Positions 30,116-39,735 of a DNA stretch of 64,000 nucleotides are shown in pieces; position 1 is the stretch's first letter, and every line of letters starts with the position of its first letter. Source of the DNA: an uncultured Chloroflexia bacterium (GTDB lineage Bacteria; Chloroflexota; UBA6077; JACCZL01). Location: contig CAVXYC010000010.1 in assembly GCA_963765765.1 (NCBI GenBank), forward strand, positions 96,001 through 160,000, given 5' to 3'. The notes below the pieces were generated by a model. It searched no databases. It was not told the DNA's origin and worked only from the letters and a program-made list of their open reading frames with translations. A program made the translations under genes and the position numbers.

Positions 30116-30622
30116 ATGAGCACTGAGACCGGCACTGATTACAACGCTCGTCGCGCCGCGCTCACACGGAAGTACATGAAGTCGGCCGCTGACCGGCCGG
30201 TAACATCAGCGCGCGGAGTTCACCATCTCGCGTTGATTTGCTCGAACATCGAGCAGACGGTTGAGTTCTATACCCAGGTCCTCGGGTTCCCGCTGGTAGA
30301 GCTCTTTCAGAATCGCGACCTGCCGAGCTCCACTCACTTCTTTTTCGACATTGGAAACGGAAATCTGCTGGCGTTCTTCGATTTCCCGGAGCATCCAATG
30401 CCGCCGACGCGTGAATCGGTCGGTGGTATGCACCACATCGCCATATCGGTACCACACGAGCAGTTCGTAAGCATCAGCGCTCGGTTGGCGGAGCGTGGTG
30501 TTTCGAATGTCGGACCGCCTCACGTGACCACATCTGTATATTTCCACGATCCAGATGGGGCACTGATCGAGATTATTCAGGAGCCTCTCCTCACCATGGA
30601 AGGTACTCCGTTCGGTCAGTAA
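30116..30622 (+). CDS. VOC/glyoxalase family protein
   Basis: 'GVHHLAL', 'FYTQVLG', 'HHIAI', 'SVYFHDPDGALIE'. Confidence 0.9.
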   Translation: MSTETGTDYNARRAALTRKYMKSAADRPVTSARGVHHLALICSNIEQTVEFYTQVLGFPLVELFQNRDLPSSTHFFFDIGNGNLLAFFDFPEHPMPPTRESVGGMHHIAISVPHEQFVSISARLAERGVSNVGPPHVTTSVYFHDPDGALIEIIQEPLLTMEGTPFGQ

Positions 30623-30645
30623 GTCGGTGCTCCGCGACTGGAACG

Positions 30646-31043
30646 TTACGGGAGCCGAAGGCCGCCTCGTGCGTGGGGCAGCGTCACGGTCAACTCTCCC
30701 AGATGGTAGTGGACTGTTGCTCGCGAGAGATGATTGGGTTGGGCAGGCGTACCGATCGGCAGAAGTCGTCGGGCTGGCCGTCGTTTCGCGGCTCCTGCCC
30801 GCCTTCGTCGCTCCAGATGGTGAGCCGGTCACCGTCCAGCGCCACGCGCACCTGCTCCAGGGAAACACCCGGCAGCCAGGTCCGAAGTACGGAGCAACGA
30901 TCCGCGACTTCGCAGGCTATACCGGATTGTTCGACGTCGCTTACCGTGCATACCTCCGACAAGGACAACGTCCAGGTGGAGAAATCAGGGAGCCCAAATG
31001 GGTTATCCAGCTCTGTGCTGCTGATTGAGATGTCTGCGGTCAC
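30646..31043 (-). CDS. Hsp20/alpha-crystallin family protein, frameshift near 30725
   Basis: 'LPGV...VRV...GDRLTI', 'FCRSVRLP', then 'ATVHYHLGELTVTLP' in a shifted frame. Confidence 0.6.
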
Positions 31044-31142
31044 GATGTGAACAGCATTCCTTCGCTTGGTGATGCGCGGATTCGGATAATGTCGGCACGT
31101 AGACTCATAGTGACGCCGTAGCGCTGGCTCATGGAGGTTGTC

Positions 31143-31449
31143 GTGTGGGTTCGAATGAGCTTCATCAACATTGCGCTCGAAGATCTCGATGACGCGCGCA
31201 AGCTGTACCAGAGCGAGTTTATTTCAGGCGTCATCAAAAGCCAGCCCGGCTGACCGATTCCACTACTGGCTCGAGTCAACGGAACACCCCGGAGACGTCA
31301 TATCTCTCACTGCCTGGGATACGCAGTCAGATGGTGAGGCGTATGAGCGCGGCGGCGTCTACTCCGAGCTGGGCTCAAAGCTACGGCAGTGGTTCCATAC
31401 CGAGCGGGTCCTTCGATCTTATGAGGTACGCGAAGTCGCAGACCTCTGA
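31143..31449 (+). CDS. Antibiotic biosynthesis monooxygenase (ABM) domain protein, frameshift near 31252
   Basis: GGAGG RBS plus GTG; 'MWVRMS...SQPG' then 'RFHYWLES...ISLTAWDT...AYE..G.Y...RSYEV'. Confidence 0.7.
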
Positions 31450-31457
31450 CGCTGTAA

Positions 31458-31931
31458 TTACTCCTCTCGGATCTGTTGAGAGAGGTAGCGCTCCAACCCC
31501 ACCTGCCGAATCGTCTCGAGCTGCGTCTCGAGGAAGTCAAGGTCCTCTTCTTCGGCCCTGATGAGCTCCTCGAGCATCCCGCGCGTTGTGAAATCGCCGA
31601 CCTGCTGACAATGTGTGATGCCGTCCGCCAGGGCCTGAATCTGAGTCCTCTCCAGCTCAACGTCGACTGTCAGATGCTCGAGCGCCGTCTCGCCCACGCG
31701 CACGCGGCCGAGCCTTTGCAGATTGGGGATGCCGTCAAGATAGAGGATGTGCCTGATAAGAAGCTGTGCTTCCTTCATCTCGCCAAAACTGAGTTGGCGG
31801 AGCTTTTCGTACAGCGCCTCGAATCCCCAGTCTTTGCAGATCTCCGCCTGAATGAAATACTGGTTGATGGCGGTCAGCTCGTTGCTGAGGATCGTATTCA
31901 GCGTATCTATCACACCCTCTTTGGCCTGCAT
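31458..31931 (-). CDS. bfr: Bacterioferritin (atypical ferroxidase site)
   Basis: 'ELTAINQY', 'WG', 'EMK' (heme Met52), 'ILYLDGIPNLQ', 'ETQL..I..VG...YL..Q'; GGAGG RBS. Confidence 0.92.
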   Translation of the reverse strand: MQAKEGVIDTLNTILSNELTAINQYFIQAEICKDWGFEALYEKLRQLSFGEMKEAQLLIRHILYLDGIPNLQRLGRVRVGETALEHLTVDVELERTQIQALADGITHCQQVGDFTTRGMLEELIRAEEEDLDFLETQLETIRQVGLERYLSQQIREE

Positions 31932-31969
31932 GCTGCCTCCTCAAACTTCGTTGATGCTGAATGCGCCAG

Positions 31970-32197
31970 TTACGTGCCAGTCGTCTCGCTACCGGTTGCC
32001 TCGGAGCGAGCTTGAGACTCCACTGCCTCTCGCGTGGCGAGGTCCACAAATTCGGCGATGTCGCGGATGCACCTGCCGCACAGCCGCTTTTCCCTGAGCC
32101 CCAGACCGCGGATCAGCTCATCGGCCGTTAGCACTCCTGTTCGGGCTATGCGGCGAACTTGAGCCTCCGTCACGCCCTTACACAGACACAGATACAC
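31970..32197 (-). CDS. bfd: Bacterioferritin-associated [2Fe-2S] ferredoxin
   Basis: 'MYLCLCKGVT...CGRC' pattern, directly upstream of bfr. Confidence 0.88.
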   Translation of the reverse strand: MYLCLCKGVTEAQVRRIARTGVLTADELIRGLGLREKRLCGRCIRDIAEFVDLATREAVESQARSEATGSETTGT

Positions 32198-32362
32198 AGC
32201 GTTGCCTTCGATTCGATGGATTCAGGCGTCATCCAGGAATCTACTCGTTGCGGAGCAAGTCGTCAACGGATCGAATTGGAGAAGATTTCCTTATGAGTTA
32301 CCACGCGAGTCCCGTCGCTTGATGGGTACCGCTGGCCACGGCAGGTCTAACGGATCAGGCAC

Positions 32363-33136
32363 TCAATCGCCAACATAACGATAGCCCGCTCGCTGCGCGT
32401 CCGCTTCAGAAGCGAAGCATGCTGAAGGTTTGAGACGCGGACCGTGGCGCTGGTTGGGGCGCGTATACACGAACGCCCCGTTGCTCACCGCTGCCTTCAC
32501 CGGATGAGTCGGCGGACACTCCCACGTGGCGATTGGGACGACGCGGCGCGGCCCGCTCGGATTTGTGGACAGTGGCGGATCGGTCTCCTGCTCATCCTCG
32601 TTGAACCGAGCTGCTCGCTCGGTGTTGTCGACCTCGTCTGACGGGCCGCACTTCGACCACAAGCCGAGATTCGCCTCACGAGCGCTATCGGCCGCCCTCT
32701 CGATCTTATCCGCGTAATCGCCCCTTGACTCGATCTCCAGGGGCACCACGGCGCCTTCAGCCACGAGTTGTTCGTTCACCAACCGTCCGCTCAACCACAG
32801 ATAGCCGTAAAGGCGGCCGGATGGATCTCGAGGAAGATCTGGAAGCTCCAAGAGCGCCGTACGGCTTGTGACGAGGCTATTCAGCTGAATGCGGGCCGGG
32901 CCTTCGTAGCAGGCGACCGCGGCGATTCCCAGGAGTCGGACCTGTTCTGTTGTCCCGGGCTCCAGCCGTGCTTCGACGGTGGTTGCGTCGAGCGCGCGGG
33001 TCACGACTACGGGCGTCAACTCATCAGTGTCGCTGCGATGTAGCTCCACCAGAGGCCGAGCGCCGAGTCCAAACGCAACCAGACACAAGCCACTCCCAGC
33101 AAGCAGTATTCTGGCCGCCCACCGGGGAAGCTGCAT
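32363..33136 (-). CDS. Thermonuclease (SNase)-fold protein with C-terminal 'CP...PVK...CF.SE..A..AGYR' domain
   Basis: Signal/TM, 'VRLLGI', 'GRLYGYLW', 'VNEQLVAEG', 'AREANLGLW'. Confidence 0.8.
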   Translation of the reverse strand: MQLPRWAARILLAGSGLCLVAFGLGARPLVELHRSDTDELTPVVVTRALDATTVEARLEPGTTEQVRLLGIAAVACYEGPARIQLNSLVTSRTALLELPDLPRDPSGRLYGYLWLSGRLVNEQLVAEGAVVPLEIESRGDYADKIERAADSAREANLGLWSKCGPSDEVDNTERAARFNEDEQETDPPLSTNPSGPRRVVPIATWECPPTHPVKAAVSNGAFVYTRPNQRHGPRLKPSACFASEADAQRAGYRYVGD

Positions 33137-33427
33137 GCCACGCCTTTCTCCGCGAAGGTTCTTAAACGCACATGGGGGAGTCGTAGTCTCACGGTAGTGA
33201 GTGGCGCGAGGCTGAGGAATTGCAGAAACGCTACGGGGGCGTCTCTATGTTGTGCCACCAAGCCTGCCTACTGTTCGGAGCGCTTGGAGTGCGGTGTGCA
33301 CGAGCAGCGCATCACTTAGACGGTCAAGCACCGGGGACGGATCACAAGCGTCGCCGTGAAGGCCGCACCTCAAAGCCTTTAACGTACGTATTGTTTTGAG
33401 AGCCACAACGGCAGGAGGTCAAAGTTC

Positions 33428-34114
33428 TTGAAACCAACAGCCATGCTCACCCGCGGCATCTGGATCATCGTCGCGGTGCTTGCAGTCATCGGGATTCTCG
33501 CCGTCTTGGGCCGGCTTTCGGATCTCGGCCGCGGTGTGGGGCCTCCGTCCGCGAGCTCAATTGATACCGGATACGCGGATCATCCATCGTTGACGATGTT
33601 GCACATCCTGCCTGGCGCTCTCTTCATGATCCTGGGCCCATTGCAGTTCGTACGAAGGATCCGCTCGCGCGCTCTTGGGTTCCATCGCTGGTCCGGGCGC
33701 GTCTTCGTAATCTCGAGTCTGGTGATTGGCGTCACCGGGATGATCATGGGCGTTGTCATGCCGATCGGTGGGGCCAACGAGACCGTCGCCACGACGTTTT
33801 TCGCGCTTATCTTTCTATTCGCGGTAGTACGTGCGTTCATCTACGTTCGCCAGGGCAATGTGGCGCGGCACCGAGAGTGGATGCTTCGGGCATTTGCTGT
33901 TGGTCTTGCCATCGCGACGATTCGGCCGATCGTCGTGATGTTCTTTGCCTTGACCAGTCTTTCCCCACAGGAGTTCTTTGGGATCGCATTCTGGCTCGGC
34001 TTCAGTCTGCATCTCGTCATTGCCGAGATCTGGATCCAGCACACGCGACCCCCGGGCCGCCGTGGGGGTCTCGAACCGGCGGGTGTGATCACCCCTGACC
34101 CCAATCACGCTTGA
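33428..34114 (+). CDS. DUF2306-like membrane protein
   Basis: 'HILPG...GPLQF...R...HRWSGR', 'HREWMLR' pattern; AGGAGG RBS. Confidence 0.8.
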   Translation: MKPTAMLTRGIWIIVAVLAVIGILAVLGRLSDLGRGVGPPSASSIDTGYADHPSLTMLHILPGALFMILGPLQFVRRIRSRALGFHRWSGRVFVISSLVIGVTGMIMGVVMPIGGANETVATTFFALIFLFAVVRAFIYVRQGNVARHREWMLRAFAVGLAIATIRPIVVMFFALTSLSPQEFFGIAFWLGFSLHLVIAEIWIQHTRPPGRRGGLEPAGVITPDPNHA

Positions 34115-34137
34115 GCCAGCAAAATATACTGCTCAGC

Positions 34138-34656
34138 ATGGTCAATCGCAGCCTTCACCACTGTCTATATTGCTGGGCGGCCATCACGCCACGGGCATCC
34201 GGGCGACCCAGGCGCATCTGCGGCAGTCAAGCGTGCCGGCGCGCCGCTGACGCGGAACGTCGACGCATTCAACGGCGCCGCGCTGCCGGACTTCAAACGG
34301 TCACTCGTCGTGTCGCGGAGCCCGTCGAGCGTGGCGGCCGCGATCCGCTTATCCGCCGACTGGCAAAGCAGCTTGCGCGCGAGATCTGGCCGGGAGTGCC
34401 TGCTTCACGCGAAGACCTCGATGCGGTAATTGAGGCCATGCGAAACGGTCTCGATACGTCGTGGAGGCTCCGAGACGCTACGGCTAACGGGCACCTTGCA
34501 GGACTCTCAGCATCCGCTCAAGATGGCTTGGAGCGTCTCCATGCGCGGGCCGCGTCAATTCAGAAGATCGCGGAGGAAGAGGAGACTCGGGAGGCCTATG
34601 CGAAAGCCGGACTCAGCGTCGACCCTTCCACCGGATCGTGGGTTCGGCGACGATAA
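34138..34656 (+). CDS. Hypothetical protein with N-terminal Cys4 zinc finger (mobile-element type)
   Basis: 'CLYC...GRPRRICGSQACRR' motif. Confidence 0.55.
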   Translation: MVNRSLHHCLYCWAAITPRASGRPRRICGSQACRRAADAERRRIQRRRAAGLQTVTRRVAEPVERGGRDPLIRRLAKQLAREIWPGVPASREDLDAVIEAMRNGLDTSWRLRDATANGHLAGLSASAQDGLERLHARAASIQKIAEEEETREAYAKAGLSVDPSTGSWVRRR

Positions 34657-34678
34657 CGTTCGCGGAGATTTCGCCCGA

Positions 34679-35080
34679 TTAGAGGGCCGCAAGCTCCTCG
34701 CTGTCGAAAGACTCTATTGCGGAAACCACGCCTGGCGTGCCGAGAGCCTCTTCAGTCATCCGTACGTCAACCCGTACTGATTCAGCGCCGTCGGTGACAT
34801 AGCGAACTTCACCGATTGGTCCATCAGCACGAACTTCCACCAGCATCCCGGGCTCTGGTGGCCAGATTGGCTCGAGATCCGCGACGGCGACAAGGATGGG
34901 AGTGGAATTGAGCGTAGATGGCACCTTTGGCAGAGCAGCAACAAATGGCTGAGCATCCTCCTGGACCTTCACCATCGGCGGCTTCCCGTTGCCTCGAGAC
35001 ATGATCGTCCATTTACCACCGCGGCCCTTGCAGCGCACGCGCGCTCCGATCGCCGCTCGCCAGTTGGGATGCCTGTCCAT
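34679..35080 (-). CDS. Hypothetical protein (two SH3/KOW-like repeats)
   Basis: GGAGG RBS before ATG 35080; 'IGARVR' and 'PGMLVEV' beta-barrel-like starts. Confidence 0.5.
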   Translation of the reverse strand: MDRHPNWRAAIGARVRCKGRGGKWTIMSRGNGKPPMVKVQEDAQPFVAALPKVPSTLNSTPILVAVADLEPIWPPEPGMLVEVRADGPIGEVRYVTDGAESVRVDVRMTEEALGTPGVVSAIESFDSEELAAL

Positions 35081-35316
35081 CGTGGATACCTCCGTCTCGC
35101 AAACGCGGTTGGCTGGATGGCCGGCTAATGCAGGGACAATGTACGTGATCGGACATCTTATCGCCACTTTGCCTTCACTCTGCTGTCGGATGTGTCGTGA
35201 TTCGGGGCGCAAAGCGCAGCTCCACTGGCATCCGCGTGCTCTTCCTTAACCTCGTGAGTGCTGCTGGGGTAAAGTTCAGGAGACAGACGAGGTTGTGTGG
35301 ATGACAAGGAGCACCA

Positions 35317-35514
35317 ATGCCGCGAGACAATTACGCCGAACAGATGGAGGAAGCGGCCAAGCGGGAAACCGCGAAGACGGCTGCTGAAGGCAACTGTATC
35401 GCACGATCCAATGACGGATCACTGTGTCGGCGGCCCGTGCCCAAGGAGCTCCGACAGAAGGGGATCCAGACGTGTCGCGCACATATGGGTCAACGACTGC
35501 GATACATGGCTTAG
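35317..35514 (+). CDS. Small CCCH zinc-finger protein
   Basis: AAGGAG RBS; 'CIARSNDGSLCRR...CRAH'. Confidence 0.6.
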   Translation: MPRDNYAEQMEEAAKRETAKTAAEGNCIARSNDGSLCRRPVPKELRQKGIQTCRAHMGQRLRYMA

Positions 35515-35771
35515 ACGTCGGTATTAGTTTCCTGACACCGCCCGAGAGGTCGCGCTTGCGGGCGTAATGCGGCCTGAAGGCCCGCCGTGAGTAAATAGGC
35601 ACACTTGCGGCGCGGCCGATGAATCGGCGTTCCGGTGGGCAGAGTCGTAGTCATGTCCGGTTCTCTCTGCCAAAACGCGTATGGTCATCGCATCGGGCCA
35701 GAATGGCTCGCGGACACGAGAACCGGGACGCAACCCGCGGAACCATCTCCCTCCGGCAGCGTATCCGGACT

Positions 35772-36270
35772 TCACTCGACAGCTTTACAGGCGCTCCTCG
35801 GTTGTTTCGAGGTCAGAACGTCGAGCGCTACCAGCTCCGAACGCCTGAAGGCCCCAGCGGAGCCCAGGAGGAGCAGAGCGCGATCACGGTGGCCGATGGG
35901 GGTATCGGAAAATTGTCCACCATCCGGCGCAGCGTGCTCGTGATCGCTGCGGCTTTCCGGTCGGCGCGATGCCTTTCGTGCGACGGATCCGTTGCCAGGT
36001 GGATCGCACCAGCGGGTGACTCCGCGGCGATGCATGGCCGGCGGTCACATGGGCCTCGGAGATAGCCGCCAGGCGGCGCTCCAGCGGGCTCATCCGATCC
36101 TGGCTCGTGTGGCAGTTAGATAGTAGGCGACGGTCTCCACCGTCGTGGGCAGGGTGGTTGCCCGTGCTCAGTGCACCAGATACTGAAATGCTGCCAGTCG
36201 GAGGATTGGCCCGCAGCGTGTTAGAGGCATTGCCCCTGGCAATGTAATTTCTCGTCTGCTCGACGATCAC
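35772..36270 (-). pseudogene. Decayed Cre-like tyrosine recombinase/integrase
   Basis: Fragments in several frames: 'ASNTLRA', 'SDWQHF..WC', 'LERRLAAIS.AH...G..SP...LVR..W..IRR..G', 'RDRALLLLG.AGAFRRSELVALDV'; truncated before the HxxR/Tyr motifs. Confidence 0.8.
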
Positions 36271-36345
36271 GGCGCGCGCGCCGTGTCGACCAGGTCTCGC
36301 GACGGACACAGGATCACCGTTGAGATGGCCACGGCCAAGGGGTCA

Positions 36346-37499
36346 TCATTCCGAGTTACCTGCTACAGACCTTCTCTGGCGGAGCGACGGGAGGCATCGA
36401 CGGTGGAATCCGACGATCGCTTCGACAAACTCCTTATGCCGCTCGAGCAAACTGAGGTGACCGGCCGATTCAAGCTCGAGCAGCTCGGATCCCGGGATGG
36501 CCCGGTGCATGAAGCGGCTCACCTCCGGCACCAATACCCGATCCTTGACCGACGTGAGTACCAGCGTGGGCATGCGCAGCGTGCCGAGCGTCGCGGTCTC
36601 GTCGAACTTGAACGACGCCAGATACCCCCGCGCCACCGCTGCGGGGGACAGCTTCGCGCCGAAGCTCGCCGCGAAGTCGAGCTGGCCGCGACTCTGGGTT
36701 CCGGCGAAGCCGCTCAGGGCCGCCGTGATATGCGAGGACCCGTTGAGATAGCTGAGCCAGTTCATCGCCCAGACCACCGGCCAGAGCCAGATCGTGAGAT
36801 GGAGCAATGGCGTCAGCACGGGCTTCTGCAGCGCCCGCATCACATCGCTCGCCGTGGTGGTCCGCACGGGGTTGGTATACGTGGTGTTCGCGAGCACCAC
36901 CCCGAGCACCCGCCGCTGTGCGTCCGCCGCGCACTTCCGCAGGAAGGTCAGGATGATCATGCCGCCCAGGCTATGGCCGACCACGAGCACCGGCCGGTGG
37001 CGTCCCGCGTGCGATACGACCGCATCGAGATCGTCCGCCATGCGATCCAAACTGTAGTTGTCATCGGTCGGACCGCCGGAGAGGCCCAGCCCGCGCGGAT
37101 CCCAGGTCAGCAACCGGAACGGGAGGAGAGCTGACGCTTCAGGTAATAGAACTCGGTGCTATCGATGCCCCAGCCCGGTGCCAGCACGATCGGCTCCCCG
37201 TCGGGCGCGCCGTACCACTCCGCATGGAGCTCGGATCCGTCCGGCCGTCGAACGCGCTGCACGGAACCGGTGCGCATCGCGTGGGGCTCGTCGGTTTCGG
37301 ATCGCCCCAGAAACGCGAGAACGACCCAGCGGCCGGCCAGACTCCAGAGGAGCGCGAGCGACGCCAGCACCAGGGACCCGGTCCCGACGATCGCGCCGGT
37401 GAACCAGAGCCAGAGGAGATAGACGCCGCCGCCGAGGAGCGCGATCGAGGCGACTCCAATCAGCCAGGTGAATGGGAGAATGAGCGGGAAAAACGACAC
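36346..37499 (-). CDS. Alpha/beta hydrolase with N-terminal TM helices; frameshift near 37115
   Basis: 'PDGSELH', 'WDPRGLGLS', 'GHSLGG', 'SAGHL'. Confidence 0.85.
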
Positions 37500-38043
37500 G
37501 TCACCTTCCGGGGCACTGACCCGACGGGGCCATACGCAGAATGCACCGCCGGTCCGTCTCCCCGGAACTGACGCGAGGCCGGGTGGCGCGCACGGCCGAT
37601 TGGAACTATCGGGCCGGCCCACCGACAGGGATAGGCACCGAATACCCAAGGCTCACGCCGCGGGGGCCTTGGGTATTCGGTGATGCGTGAAGGTGAAGAC
37701 GACGATGCGCCGGAGGCTTTCCCCGTTGAGTGTCTTCGGCAACCTGCTCTCCGACGCGGTGCGGTACACGCAGCCGGCGGCTCCATCGCCGTGCGACTGT
37801 GTGAAGGACGAGGACTGGACGCTCGTGCGCCGTGGTGACTAAACACGGCCACTGGTCCGTTAGGCTGGGACGTGTCGACGAAACGATCGCGCGGACATCA
37901 CCGGCAGCAGAACGTCAGCCAGATGGGTTAGGCGAGGACATTCTTGTTGAATGCCTGAAGATCGGCGGCCCTGGGCCATCCTCCCAGAACCCTCGCTGTC
38001 TATCCTCGGAACCCGAGCCCTGGCGATGGGGGAGATTGCTCGA

Positions 38044-38532
38044 TTAAACGAGGCGATCCGCAAATTCGCTGAATCTCGTTCTGGATCGGTTACCACAATG
38101 GGGCGGGAGGAAACCGCCGCGCTGCCACGACGAAGGGTCCGCAAGGGCAGCGATGAGATTTTGGACGAATGCCCGGTCCACGTCGCTAGCCGGTCGCTTT
38201 GCAATAGACGATGTTCGACCGTGTCCGTACCATGTCCACCACAGGACACCCTTGTCTTGAAGCAACTGGATCTTCAATCCGCGATCCCCGCCCTTCCAGA
38301 ACACTGACCACTCCTCGTTTGATGGACCAACGGCGGGATGTTCGGTCGTTAGCGAGGGTATAGCCGTCTTAGCCTCAGCGATGCACGAGTCGACGAGTTC
38401 CGCGAGTGCATGCGCGGCTTTGACTTGTTCTGCCCGATTGCGAACGGCCGAGGCCTGCAGTTCCGCTTCGTCAGACTCGATCCGGTCGGAATCCTTTTCG
38501 AGATCTCGGAGTCTTTCCTGGAAGTCGCTCAT
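38044..38532 (-). CDS. Hypothetical protein
   Basis: GGAG RBS, coiled-coil N-terminus, Trp-rich beta segment. Confidence 0.55.
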   Translation of the reverse strand: MSDFQERLRDLEKDSDRIESDEAELQASAVRNRAEQVKAAHALAELVDSCIAEAKTAIPSLTTEHPAVGPSNEEWSVFWKGGDRGLKIQLLQDKGVLWWTWYGHGRTSSIAKRPASDVDRAFVQNLIAALADPSSWQRGGFLPPHCGNRSRTRFSEFADRLV

Positions 38533-39325
38533 TCAATACTCCAACTAGCCGCTGAAGGTGCCCTTCGGGACGCTCCGAGTCACTGACCCTTGGAACACTC
38601 ACGCCGTACGAGTGGCTGTAAATCTTTCAGTGATTTGTAGCCGGGGCTTCCCGCCGAGGTTCTACGTGGCTAGTGCCCTGATCCTAGCAATTCGGGCGCA
38701 TTCCGAATTGAGTGTAATCAATCGAGCACCTACCGGCCGGTATGTGGGAGTCAGTTCGACGTTGATCAGGCGGTCAACTCACTGCAGTAGAACGAAAGGC
38801 CCGGGCGTCTGCTCCGGACACGATGTCACGACGATGCGCCGCGCTCCTGCCGGTGGGGTACGATCGTGAGCGGGGTATGGTCCGGTCAGGGCGGGCGACC
38901 ATGGGGGCAAGGGCAGCGGCAAGGTAAGGAAGAAGGCACCCAAGTCGACAACGCAAGGGAAGCATGGTCTCCGGCCGCACGAGAAGCCCGAACAAGCCGC
39001 CACCGCGGCGGCTCCCAAGAAGTCCCGAAAGTGACCGCCACGCCGGAGCACGAGAGCCATTGTCGTTGATCCGATGGGTCTACTCGTCCCGCGCTGGGGA
39101 CGGCGCCGCCGGCGCGTGCTAACTACCTTGCAATGAAGTTCAGCATCGATGAAAATGGCGCGCGGCGGCGACGGGGGCCTGCAAGCGGGTATACTTCTGG
39201 TTGCTGGATAGTTTCGCACGACGACCCATCGGGGTCGGGCATCGCCGCGGCGCTCACGTGCCGCTTCGGATTCCCCTCGTGAACTCGCGCTGACGGAACC
39301 ACCAAGCCCACGTATGGAGTCAGCG

Positions 39326-39673
39326 TTGAGTTACGCAGACAAGACTTTGACCTGCCGCGATTGCGGCCAGGCGTTTATTTTCACGAGTGGGGAGCAGGAC
39401 TTCCACGCGTCGAAGGGGTTCAATAACGAGCCCTCCCGATGTGCCGACTGCCGGGCAGCGAACAAAGCAGCCCGTGGAGACAGCGGCGGCTATAGCTCCG
39501 GTGGCTACAGCAGTGGCGGCGCTGGTGGCTACGGCCGCTCCGAGCGCGAAATGTTCTCCGCAACCTGCTCTGACTGCGGAAAAGAAGCGCGTGTGCCGTT
39601 CCAGCCCCGCGGTGACAAACCGGTGTACTGTTCCGACTGCTTCTCCAAGCAGCGCGGGAGCTCCTACCGCTAA
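39326..39673 (+). CDS. Zinc-ribbon plus CxxC-x17-CxxC domain protein
   Basis: 'DKTLTCRDCG..F.FT..EQ.F...KGF.NEP.RC..CR', Gly/Tyr linker, 'REMFSATCSDCG....VPFQPRGDKPVYCSDCF'. Confidence 0.92.
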   Translation: MSYADKTLTCRDCGQAFIFTSGEQDFHASKGFNNEPSRCADCRAANKAARGDSGGYSSGGYSSGGAGGYGRSEREMFSATCSDCGKEARVPFQPRGDKPVYCSDCFSKQRGSSYR

Positions 39674-39689
39674 CCCGGTACGACGCGGT

Positions 39690-39735
39690 GGACATTCGAA
39701 TGGGCCAGGGAGAACCCTGGCCCATTCGAATGTCC
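39690..39735. repeat. Perfect 21-bp inverted repeat
   Basis: GGACATTCGAATGGGCCAGGG-AGAA-CCCTGGCCCATTCGAATGTCC. Confidence 0.9.

Noticed and set aside
31251-31253. In-frame TGA after 'SQPG' in the ABM gene as a second selenocysteine
   Set aside because: The downstream homology is in a different frame; removing one base gives GGC-TGC-CGA (G-C-R), so this is an indel, not recoding
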